Below are positions 1-10,767 of a DNA stretch of 52,015 bases, piece after piece. The stretch is from Tubiluchus corallicola (lineage: Eukaryota > Animalia > Priapulida), in NCBI GenBank assembly GCA_030141605.1, contig JAQGDQ010000607.1, positions 1 through 52,015 of the forward strand. Direction: 5' to 3'. Position numbers and translations under genes: made by a program. Numbering within the stretch: position 1 is the first letter of the stretch; the number at the start of each line of letters is the position of its first letter. The notes beneath the pieces were generated by a model. That model saw nothing but the letters and a program-made list of their open reading frames with translations, did no database searches and had not been told where the DNA came from.

Positions 1-136
1 CTACAATACTGTAAACTCGGAAGGTTAGTTATAGCAATTTGATTCAATTTTCTGTGCCTTAGTTGTAAATAATCAGTGTGAATTAGATACAATTTTGGAT
101 AAAGTACTAACTTCACCATTCAGGGGCCCCGCCCAC

Positions 137-311
137 ACACTCGAGCCGAGGACGCTGTAATGAATTAATGAGCATCTAATGTGCAAGGAGTTTCTTGATA
201 ATGTCAAGGCAGTGAAACCATTCAGTCTGATGTCGTATATTTATGTTTCAATATTTTTTACATATTGTTTGTTTATCTGTTTTGTAAATTCAGTTTATCA
301 TCTTAAAAAAA

Positions 312-400
<89 letters not shown>
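137..400 (+). mobile_element. Retroelement 3' end with (TAA)n tail, copy 1
   Basis: Near-identical reverse-complement copy at 1803-2067; ends in a long TAA tract. Confidence 0.7.
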
Positions 401-402
<2 letters not shown>

Positions 403-404
403 TT

Positions 405-640
405 TATTTAAAGTTAGCTTTTGGGTGAACAATTAACATTAGCTCAAATCACCAACTAACAACCTACAACTACATAACAGAGACTATTATTACCCCAACT
501 TTACCCTAAATACCACGCGTCAGACAGAGCAACAGAAGGTACCATTTTTAAAGTCTCTGGTATGACCCGGCCGCTGCTTCGAACTCACGACCTCCAAGAC
601 GGAAAGCAGACGCGTTATCGCTAGACTAAACCGTCTGGTC
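405..640 (-). mobile_element. tRNA-derived SINE, Meta-domain-like core
   Basis: The minus strand has degenerate A box (TAGTCTAGCGA) and B box (GAGTTCGAAGC), followed by GGTCATACCAGAGACTTTAAAAATGGTACC, which resembles the MetaSINE core as recalled. Confidence 0.6.
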
Positions 641-882
641 TTCAGGAAGGTACATGCAGTATGTCAGTCGGCATCTTGACTTGTAATAAAACATTAAATA
701 TTTGACACAGTTTTCAAATTACTAGTACACTTCACTGCGGGTAACGGCGGAGCCTCAAGCCCTTAACAGTTTTTAGGTGGGACTGGCGAAATACACAAAG
801 CAAGGGGCGGCTCCTAGCTAAAATTACTGGGGGTGCTGCTTCAGAAAATTACATTCAGAAACGTTACATGACCTCCAAACAG

Positions 883-1254
883 TAAGGGTGAGCATCGAAC
901 GTTCGAGTTCGAACACAACAATTCGAACGCTCGAATTCGATTCGAACGAGTTTTTTTAGTTCGAACTCGATTCGAATCCAAAACTATAGATTCGAATAAT
1001 TCAGCCTTCAATCACATATGTTCTTTATCATTAAAACGATTGAAACATCATGCAATTAGCATAATTTAGCTGTGATTTCTGCGCACAACTTTAAACAAAT
1101 TACTAGTCGTTTTATTGCAGAACAAAATCTAGTGATATGCATGATCTTTGTAAGACTAATAAGACTAAGACTGAAGTTCGGTTCGATTCGAATTCGAAAG
1201 TCACAAATTCGGTTCGATTCGAATTCGCTTTCTGGTAGAGAATACTCACCCCTA
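883..1254. mobile_element. hAT-type MITE (TIR TAGGGGTGAGCAT-like), TTCGAA-rich
   Basis: 8-bp TSD CCAAACAG on both sides; second, inverted copy at 19215-19540. Confidence 0.88.
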
Positions 1255-1802
1255 CCAAACAGCAAACATGGGAAGGACAACAACGCATTTTTACTTCACA
1301 ATCGCAAAAACAACATTTCCGTTGTTGCCATTCAGAATTAAAGCTACGAATATACTTCTTGTTGTTGCGTGTCCCTTGCTGAGATATTTGAATATTTCCG
1401 GAAAGCACAAGACATCAATTTTTGAGCTTTTGTACGGTAGAGGGCACCACAAACAATTTTCTATTTGGGCCCAGCACTTCTAAGCACCGGCCATGTTTAC
1501 GCGTCATGAAAATTCGTCTAATTTCGGCAGATAGAATGGCGTTGTTGAGTAAAAAATAGGCTGTTGCACGCTGACCCTAACGATTTGCATGTACAAATTA
1601 CACGTTATAGAGTCATAATAAAATATAGAGTCATAACACAATTAAGCTGTTATGTATCACAGGAAATAATGCACAGTTATCATTCCACTTGAGATGTGTT
1701 AAATTATATGAGAATAACTCAAAATTCATTATTTAGCGTTATAATATTGCTTCCCGGTGACCTAGGATTTTAAAATGCAGCCACTAGTGTTTTAGTACTG
1801 TT

Positions 1803-1815
1803 TTTTTATTATTAA

Positions 1816-1900
<85 letters not shown>

Positions 1901-2067
1901 AGATGATAAACTGAATTTACAAAACAGATAAACAAACAATATGTAAAAAATATTGAAACATAAATATACGACATCAGACTGAATGGTTTCACTGCCTTGA
2001 CATTATCAAGAAACTCCTTGCACATTAGATGCTCATTAATTCATTACAGCGTCCTCGGCTCGAGTGT
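1803..2067 (-). mobile_element. Retroelement 3' end with (TAA)n tail, copy 2 (inverted)
   Basis: Reverse complement of 137-400. Confidence 0.7.
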
Positions 2068-2296
2068 CGATGGTGAGATAAACACTTTATCAAAACAACT
2101 AAAACTGCACAGAAGAACGCTACATATACAGTTTGTATTGTAGCACAATTCTGAGTCACGCCGACTTACTAAACAATATTTTGACAAAACCCCATGGATT
2201 TGAATAGTGGTGTATCTAATGGAGGAGGAAGGGCGCAACCGCTCCCGCCAACTCATTTTTCAAAATTGGCACCTTTACAGCAATTTTTAGTTCATT

Positions 2297-3709
2297 TGTG
2301 CAGTTGCTGAACGATCCTTTAGTTGGTTCAGACAGATAAAGTCCTACATTCATTTTACAATTGGCGAGGATAGATTGTCTGGGTTAGCTTTGCCATCCAT
2401 TGAAAGAAAGTTCGCTACTGAGGTGGATTATAATAAAGAGGATAGATTGTCTGGGTTAGCTTTGCCATCCATTGAAAGAAAGTTCGCTACTGAGGTGGAT
2501 TATAATAAAGAGGATAGATTGTCTGGGTTAGCTTTGCCATCCATTGAAAGAAAGTTGACTACTGAGGTGGATTATAATAAAGAGGATAGATTGTCTGGGT
2601 TAGCTTTGCCGTCCATTGAAAGAAAGTTCGCTACTGAGGTGGATTATAATAAAGAGGATAGATTGTCTGGGTTAGCTTTGCCATCCATTGAAAGAAAGTT
2701 GACTACTGAGGTGGATTATAATAAAGAGGATAGATTGTCTGGGTTAGCTTTGCCGTCCATTGAAAGAAAGTTCGCTACTGAGGTGGATTATAATAAAGAG
2801 GGTAGATTGTCTGGGTTAGCTTTGCCATCCATTGAAAGAAAGTTGACTACTGAGGTGGATTATAATAAAGAGGATAGATTGTCTGGGTTAGCTTTGCCGT
2901 CCATTGAAAGAAAGTTCGCTACTGAGGTGGATTATAATAAAGAGGGTAGATTGTCTGGGTTAGCTTTGCCATCCATTGAAAGAAAGTTGACTACGGAGGT
3001 GGATTATAATAAAGAGGATAGATTGTCTGGGTTAGCTTTGCCGTTGATTGAAAGAAAGTTCGCTACTGAGGTGGATTATAATAAAGAGGATAGATTGTCT
3101 GGGTTAGCTTTGCCATCCATTGAAAGAAAGTTGACTACTGAGGTGGATTATAATAAAGAGGATAGATTGTCTGGGTTAGCTTTGCCGTTGATTGAAAGAA
3201 AGTTCGCTACTGAGGTGGATTATAATAAAGAGGGTAGATTGTCTGGGTTAGCTTTGCCATCCATTGAAAGAAAGTTGACTACGGAGGTGGATTATAATAA
3301 AGAGGATAGATTGTCTGGGTTAGCTTTGCCGTTGATTGAAAGAAAGTTCGCTACTGAGGTGGATTATAATAAAGAGGGTAGATTGTCTGGGTTAGCTTTG
3401 CCATCCATTGAAAGAAAGTTGACTACGGAGGTGGATTATAATAAAGAGGATAGATTGTCTGGGTTAGCTTTGCCGTTGATTGAAAGAAAGTTCGCTACTG
3501 AGGTGGATTATAATAAAGAGGGTAGATTGTCTGGGTTAGCTTTGCCATCCATTGAAAGAAAGTTGACTACGGAGGTGGATTATAATAAAGAGGATAGATT
3601 GTCTGGGTTAGCTTTGCCATCCAGTGAAAGAAAGTTGACTACAGAGGTGGATTATAATAAAGTTTTAATGGAAGTGGTGCTCACAAGCTACTGGCGTAGC
3701 AGTATCTAG
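2297..3709 (+). mobile_element. hAT transposase relic (C-terminal dimerisation domain) containing an amplified internal segment
   Basis: In-frame CAVAERSFSWFRQIKSYIHFTIGEDRLSGLAL matches the hAT dimerisation motif S.AERSFS.L..IK.YLRSTM...RL..LAL. Confidence 0.85.
2366..3661 (+). repeat. Minisatellite, 18 x 72 bp, with largely alternating variants (144-bp higher-order unit)
   Basis: 1296 bp = 18 exact-length units encoding EDRLSGLALPSIERK(FA/LT)TEVDYNK. Confidence 0.97.
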
Positions 3710-4566
3710 TTTTTTTGCTGGATTAGTGCTGCGTTTACCTGTCCTGAGGGCAGATTTCTTTTATTTTAGAATTCTGCCTGCCCAATGTCTACAATAGATG
3801 TGACGGACGTAAGATGATGATGATAAAGTTGTAAATTACTTTGCTAGAATGAAGCCTAGATGAAAGAGACTGCTATAGTTCCTTCATGATACATTTTCCC
3901 TAATGCTTCGTTTTTTTCATTTTACGTTTAGAAGCAAAATAATTAATCAACATACTTCTTTTTATTATGTTTCGAGTTTTATGATACTGTATGATACTGA
4001 TTTAATTTTAAACTAGCAAAGGCCCCGCAAAAAAATATTGCGTGTAAATACACGTATAATCAAAAATATGCAAACATCCTACATAGTCCTCGGTTATAAC
4101 GCAAAGCCAGCAGCAGCAGCTTTTACCGAATTAAAGTTATAAGGTTATACGCAGAGTATAATGGATGACGTCAGAACAATGGCTTTGTGTCAGCAGTTTT
4201 CCAAGCGAAAACTGCCAAAAATAGAACATCTAATTAACTCGTCGGTACTCCTCTTGGTGGAAGTGTCCGAGAGTCCCACCAGGCGCCGCTAGAACGTTTT
4301 TTCCGCAGGCTGTTTGGTCAAAATTTCGAAAAAATTGTTTAGTGTAGTCACGGAGCCTTTTTTACGTGCTCTCCCCACCCGAACTTTCGAACTTTCCCCT
4401 GCACTTGAGAGCCTAATTAACAAAAAACCACAATACAAACATTAAGACAATAGCTGCGCTAATATCAATAATTAATTAGGCAATTAGCCAAAATACTTCT
4501 TTAATCTTTAGGTATATATAATGACACCTTAAAGTTTAATTGTTGAAATATTGCATTTTTTTCCAG

Positions 4567-4714
4567 ATAGCTTTAGTGCTAAGTTTCTGTGCTTGCACAC
4601 TTCCTGTAAAAATTCGGGAAAGGAATAATCCCAGTTTCGCGGAATATGCAAGACAGGATGCTGCCACCAGCTTTCGCAATTTGGGATATGAAAGACGCAG
4701 AAGGGAAAATAAAG
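4567..4714 (+). CDS. Pentraxin-domain gene, putative early exon (end of signal peptide plus pro-region: IALVLSFCACTLPVKIRERNN...YERRRRENK)
   Basis: Acceptor ttgcatttttttccag, donor AAG|gtaggg. Only the phase-0 frame is open; it ends in phase 1, matching exon 12521. Hydrophobic start resembles a signal-peptide h/c region. The upstream ATG exon was not found. Confidence 0.55.
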
Positions 4715-4743
4715 GTAGGGGGTGGTGTAAATGTGAGACTTAA

Positions 4744-5409
4744 AGCACAAGAAAACCCTTCATAAACATAAAGCTTGAAAAATTCGTCTTGAGATTTTAT
4801 ATCACTTACATACTGCCTTTTTTCATGCAGGACTTCAATCGCCAGTCACGCTGTATAAAACATGTAAATTTAAACTCCCGCGATGACCGTTAGACGCTGC
4901 CATTTTGATGACAGGTCATTTGAAACAAGTCTAGATAACATTTTGTGAAGTTTGAAAAAATAATCAGATCATTCGTACTGCACACATCACTAACTAAGTA
5001 AAATTTATAATTACTGTATCTTGTCAATAAGATTAAAAATACGGTTAGTGAGTGGTGCACCCTGGAGGGTGAGTCAGCGACATTTTACCAATTGGTGAAT
5101 AATTAATAATTTTCTTTTCAAGTTATTTAAGCCTTTCTAGCAGGCAAGCGATAATCTAAGTAATACAGATTTGCACGAAAAGTCTTTTGAGATATAATTT
5201 AACATTGCCTTTTCTTCCCTTGATTTACATTTGGTACATTACGTCACGTAATGACGATTTCAGAACAGTATTGCGGGAGATTTAAAATGAAAACAAACTA
5301 AAATTCTTTTCAGTGCGAGTAAGATACACGCATAAAATTGCTATAAAGTAAGATAATTTTTTAAGGTGATTTTTCTGAAACTTACTTGAGGTGCCCCATT
5401 TCTTGTCCT
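4744..5409. mobile_element. Kolobok-like non-autonomous DNA transposon
   Basis: TTAA|AGCACAAGAAA...TTTCTTGTCCT|TTAA; the right end is tandemly re-duplicated to about 5489; several related copies in the window. Confidence 0.65.
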
Positions 5410-5999
5410 TTAAGGAAACTTACTTGAGGTACCCCTTTTCTTGTACTTTAAGGAAACTTACTTGAGATACCCCTTTTCTTGTCCTTTAAGCTTTGACATT
5501 TTCACGATCATTATCAATCGCTGGAACAGTGAAAAAGCTATTTGGTAACCTAGATTTCAAAATAAAATTAAAAAATGTCAACAAGAACTAGTACCATATA
5601 GCGATCAGATCTCTGTTAAGATAAATCTTACCGAAACTATTAAGGGATTTAAAGAGATTTAAGCTGGATTAGCAAGTCTGTGACTGGCGCTGCTTTTGAC
5701 GCAAATTATAACAGAAGCTATAAAGTCAATTGCTGTGTTGAAAGATACTGTTCATATCAATCGCAAAAGCTTTAGAAGTCATTAGCCCATTTTCTTCATC
5801 AAAATAGATAAGAAATCACTATGGCTGCCTACTGGTGCGAACCCTAATATATTTAACTTGTGAGTGGAAATTATTTAATCCTATTATGCAGTATTGCTTG
5901 TGGCTAGAAGTTGCTAAATGTTCGTCGGTTTCGCTACTGTGCATTTGTGCAAACATGAAAATCATTTTCTCGGTATGAAGAATAAAAAAATGTGTTACT

Positions 6000-6818
6000 G
6001 TAACCGTTTCTGTGTAAAGCTTTTCTGTGTAAACCGTTTCTGTGTAAAGCTTTTCTGTGTAAACCGTTTCTGTGTAAACCGTTTCTGTGTAAAGCTTTTC
6101 TGTGTAAACCGTTTCTGTGTAAACCGTTTCTGTGTAAAGCTTTTCTGTGTAAACCGTTTCTGTGTAAACTGTTTCTGTGTAAAGCTTTTCTGTGTAAAGC
6201 TTTTCTGTGTAAACCGTTTCTGTGTAAAGCTTTTCTGTGTAAACCGTTTCTGTGTAAAGCTTTTCTGTGTAAACCGTTTCTGTGTAAACCGTTTCTGTGT
6301 AAAGCTTTTCTGTGTAAACCGTTTCTGTGTAAAGCTTTTCTTTGTAAACCGTTTCTGTGTAAACCGTTTCTGTGTAAAGCTTTATGTGTAAACCGTTTCT
6401 GTGTAAAGCTTTTCTGTGTAAACCGTTTCTGTGTAAACCGTTTCTGTGTAAAGCTTTTCTGTGTAAACCATTTCTGTGTAAAGCTTTTCTGTGTAAACCG
6501 TTTCTGTGCAAAGCTTTTCTGTGTAAACCGTTTCTGTGTAAACCGTTTCTGTGTAAAGCTTTTCTGTGTAAACCGTTTCTGTGCAAAGCTTTTCTGTGTA
6601 AACCGTTTCTGTGTAAAGCTTTTCTGTGTAAACCGTTTCTGTGTAAAGCTTTTCTGTGTAAACCGTTTCTGTGTAAAGCTTTTCTGTGTAAACCGTTTCT
6701 GTGTAAAGCTTTTCTGTGTAAACCGTTTCTGTGTAAACCGTTTCTGTGCAAAGCTTTCTGTGTAAACCGTTTCTGTGTAAAGCTTTTCTCTGTAAACCGT
6801 TTCTGTGTAAAGCGTTTC
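6000..6818. repeat. 15-bp minisatellite with two interleaved variants
   Basis: aaaccgtttctgtgt and aaagcttttctgtgt, about 54 units. Confidence 0.95.
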
Positions 6819-6861
6819 TCGTATAGAGGTTCATTTTTCCACGTCTTTGTTGCATACTTTT

Positions 6862-7218
6862 ATTTATTTATTATTATTATTGTTGTTGTTGTTGTTGTCA
6901 TCGTCATCGTCGCCATCATTCTTCTTCTTCTTCTGTTTCTTCTTCTACTTCTTCTTCTGCTACTGTTTCTTGTTCTTATTTTTCTTCTTCTTCTGCTTCT
7001 TCTCTTTCTTCTTCTACTGTTTCTTCTTCTGATTTTTCTTCTTCTTCTTTTGTTTCCTCTTCTGCTTCTTCTTGTCCTTGTTCTTCTTCTTCTTTTATTT
7101 CTTCTTCTGCTTCTTCTTGTTCTTCTTCTTCTACTGTTTCTTCTTCTTCTTTTGTTTCTTCTGCTTCTTCGTCTCCTGTTTCTTCTTCTTCTTCTTCTGT
7201 TTTTTCTTCCTCTTCTCC
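6862..7218. repeat. Compound triplet tract (TTA/TTG/TCG, then CTT-rich)
   Basis: Direct inspection. Confidence 0.9.
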
Positions 7219-7640
7219 CAACCAAAACACAACACCAACCCACACACACCAAACAACATTCATTAGTAACAATGTACAACACTCTAGAGGTACTGAATTT
7301 GGTTCAGTTTTGCCTCAGCCTCTATCGAATGTGACCTACAGATTTAAGTTTATGCATCACAAAATAACTTGGTTGAAACGTTTCTAAATAAAGTATATAA
7401 AATAGCAATTTATATGCAGCAAATTACATTGCTTATTGTTAATTATATATATATATTTGTATAATCTTTTTAACATAGAGGCTTCGCAACTGTTTGTGCT
7501 GATTTACCTTTTATGTAACGTTTGTGGTTTTTATTACATGATTTTATATAAAAGAACACTCGGTAACTGCTTGTGGTATGTTATGAACTACGCTTTATAT
7601 AAATTTTATACGTATTTTACAGATAAAAATAAGAATTTTT

Positions 7641-7999
7641 TTCACTGGTCCCTTTCAAAATTTGGTGCTCTAGGCAACAGCCTAGTTGACATATTTCACT
7701 GGGTCCTTCTCAAAATTCGGTGCTCTAGGCAACAGCCTAGTTGACATATTTCACTGGTTCCCTCTCAAAATTTGGTGCTCTAGGCAACAGCCTAGTTGAC
7801 ATATTTCACTGAGTCCCTTTCAAAATTTGGTGCTCTAGGCAACAACCTAGTTGACATATTTCACTGTGTCCCTTTCAAAATTTGGTGCTCTAGGCAACAG
7901 CCTTGTTGACATATTTCACTGGTCTTTCTCAAAATCCGGTGCTCTAGGCAACAGCCTAGTTGACATATTTCACTGGGCCCCTCTCAAAATTCGGTGCTC
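7641..7999. repeat. About 56-bp minisatellite, about 6.5 units
   Basis: ttcactgg.tccc.ttcaaaatt.ggtgctctaggcaacagcctagttgacatat repeated. Confidence 0.93.
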
Positions 8000-8009
8000 A
8001 GATTTGAAA

Positions 8010-8386
8010 ATCCTGAGTTGCCCTCTCTTCCTCCCTGGTGTAGTTCAAAGGAAAGCGGAGCGATACGCTAGGCGCCATGTTGGCTGCAGGAGCTGCCGGA
8101 GTCAGTGAGCATGCTACACTGGTCCGCCTTCGGGGCTCCACTCCCGATTTGGAAGGATTACTCCTCTACACATGGCCGTTGGGTCACTTGACCTCCTCCG
8201 GCCTCTAGCCGTTGGCTGCTTGTGCAGCTCCTCCGTCTATTGTCGAGATACAGTGTGGGCATCCCGCAAGCCTACGGCACCTGGTATTTCTAGACAGTCA
8301 CCCATCCAAGTACTAACCAGGCTCTACGTTACTTAACTTCGGTGATTAGTGGGCACTGCTGTTTTCAACGCGATATGGCCGTAGAC
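8010..8386 (-). mobile_element. 5S rRNA-derived SINE (SINE3), 3'-truncated copy
   Basis: 8268-8386 is a degenerate 5S rRNA (GTCTACGGCCAT...CCTGGTTAGTACTTGGATGGG...GTAGGCTT) fused to a body shared with 44557-45110. Confidence 0.9.
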
Positions 8387-9348
8387 ACTGGTAAACTTAA
8401 CCTTTGACATTTTAACGATCATTATCAATCGCTGGAACTTTGAAAGGCTCATTCCTGTACTACAGAAGCGTTCTAATTCTGCATTAAGAAAACACAAAGT
8501 CAGGCTACGTTTTCATTTTATACTTCCTCTCGTAAATAGAAAGTTAAACACCACATTACAAGGTTACACACCAAATAAGGATACACACCAAATAAGGATG
8601 TACACCAAATAAGGTACGCCCCCAAATAAGGTTACATAGACAAATGGGTATACACAAAAAGAGAAAATGTTTTTCATTTTCAAAAACTTCCCAGTATAAT
8701 AATATTTTTATTACTTCCCACCCGTATTTATATTTGTATATATTGTGATATTGTATCTGTATGTATCGTAATTTTTTCGTAACTAATTCTAGTGGCCTAC
8801 CATAAGCTAGCTTCTTAGGTCTCTAGCGCAGAATTCATGAATTGTATCATCATTTTGTATTAACAAAAACTGATTATCGATGCACATGTAATGTATATGT
8901 TTTATGTTCATTGCGAAATAAATCTATTAAATCTAATCAAATAAATCTATTAAATCTAATCTAAATCTAATCTACTTTTCAACACATAACAAGCTGCAAA
9001 AAGCTCTTTTTTTATCTAACACTTGGTGCAGTGGTCAGGGGGAGGGGGTGGGGGTAATTATTGACAAAAACTGAAATCTACTTTGCTTCTCATGCAGAAA
9101 ATTATGTAACTAAATCATGTGAAGTACCTACCCTGTTGTGAAATAAATATATGCCTACGAAAACAACTCTGTTGGCGGCCACTACCAGGTACAATTAGCG
9201 TTACAATTATGCTTCCTAAAAAAACAAGTTCATACTTCCTCATTGCAGTACATGCGTGTACTGCGCTTTTAGCAAATCAAAACTAATCGACGTTGGTGTT
9301 TTCTATAAAGCTCAGAAAACAATTTCTTAAGGACAAGTTGTTTTAGTA

Positions 9349-9350
<2 letters not shown>

Positions 9351-9419
<69 letters not shown>
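9351..9419. repeat. (AG)n microsatellite
   Basis: Direct inspection. Confidence 0.97.
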
Positions 9420-9421
<2 letters not shown>

Positions 9422-9447
9422 ATAAAACTCAGAAAACAATTTCTTAA

Positions 9448-10767
9448 ACGACAAGAAAAGGGGCACCTGAAGTAGGTTTCACAAAAATCGCCTTAAAAAT
9501 TATATTACTTTACAGCAATTTTATGCGTATATCGTGAACTATGAACTATGAATTTATTTTCACACATGAAAAAATACAATATTGCACACATTAATAAACA
9601 ATAAATAAAATGATTTGAGTAGTGCGACGTAAGTGTACGACCATACTTTCATTAACACACTCACCTTACTTAAATGAAAAAAATGATTATAGTTATGCAT
9701 GCTTCTGTAGATAACTTAATGTAAATATGGATGAAGTAAATGATGTAATAATTTGACTAGTGCGAGATGAGTGTACGACCACATGGTCATTAACACACTC
9801 ACCTTATTTAAATGAAAAAATGATTATAGTTATGCATGCTTCTGTAGATAACTTAATGTAAATATGGATGAAGTAAATGATGTAATAATAGCAATGGTAT
9901 AAGAGCAATAAACCTGAAAGTTGAGAAAGGAAAACATCATATGTAATTACGACTTTGAATGAGCCTTAAAGAGTGAAAAAATTTTTTAAATAGTTACGAA
10001 TATGAATTATGTGATTATCTATCAATGTACCACTTACTTGTATATGCAATGATATATATACATATATTTAAGTGGGGGAGAAGAGATTAAATTATACATT
10101 ATAGTTGTAGTAACAACTATAATTGCATAGAACATTTAAATATAATTGATGGTAGTAATGTAGCCATCATAACCATTAAAGATGGGCTATGGTGAAGGGG
10201 GGGGGGATTATAAGAATATTAGTGATTCATTCGCAAAATTAATGTTACAATAATACATTCAAATTTTGTATAAATTTTGAATGTATTATTGTAACATATT
10301 GTATCGTATTCGCGTTGAAAGGAATTTTCGTTTGTTTTCATTTTTAATCTAAAGCAAAATGCAGTTCCGACGGCGCCATTACATGAGCAGCAAATGTAAA
10401 TCAGGGAAAGAAAAGGAAATATGAAATTATGACCCAAAAAACTTTCCGTGCAAATCTATGTTACTTAGCATTTCACTTACCTGCTGGAAACACTTATGTA
10501 ACTAGAAATAATAATTTAAAATATTTGTGCCAATTGGTAAAATGCCTTGACTCACCCTCCACTAACCAAAAACGCATTTTCAATCTTATTGACAAGATAC
10601 TGTAATCTAAAATTTTACTTAATTAGGAACATAAATGCTACGAATGCTCTGATTATTTTTTCAAACTTTACTTCAAAGCCATGCATACGAAAAGGTAGTA
10701 TGTAAGTGATATAAAATTTCAAAACGAATTTTTTAAACTTTATGTTTATGAAGGGTTCTCTTGTGCT
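9448..10767. mobile_element. Kolobok-like element, inverted copy with internal insertion
   Basis: TTAA-flanked; both ends are reverse complements of the 4744-5409 ends. Confidence 0.6.

Noticed and set aside
1-29. Donor-like AAG|gttagt at 23/24 as the first coding exon of the pentraxin gene
   Set aside because: The phase-0 frame needed to join exon 4567 contains TAA. It could be a UTR exon or a phase-1 exon, but this cannot be decided at the window edge.
883-1254. TTCGAA-rich stretch as a heat-shock element array
   Set aside because: The spacing mostly does not fit alternating nGAAn pentamers; these are MITE subterminal repeats.
2366-3661. CRISPR-like or repeat-protein gene reading of the 72-bp array
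   Set aside because: There are no unique spacers, the context is eukaryotic, and the ORF start is a TTG. The unit is explained as a hAT transposase fragment.
4166-4173. Perfect CRE (TGACGTCA) as a pentraxin promoter element
   Set aside because: It lies in a repeat with an inverted relative at about 24415-24630, and the transcription start is unknown.
5819-7334. Long ORFs (HRNGL/YTETV/CKPFL repeats; poly-Leu, poly-Arg and Glu-rich frames)
   Set aside because: Stop-free by-products of a 15-bp minisatellite and a CTT tract, open in several frames on both strands.
8268-8386. Functional 5S rRNA gene (also 45001-45110)
   Set aside because: Degenerate with indels, lacks an oligo-T terminator, and both copies are fused to the same SINE body.
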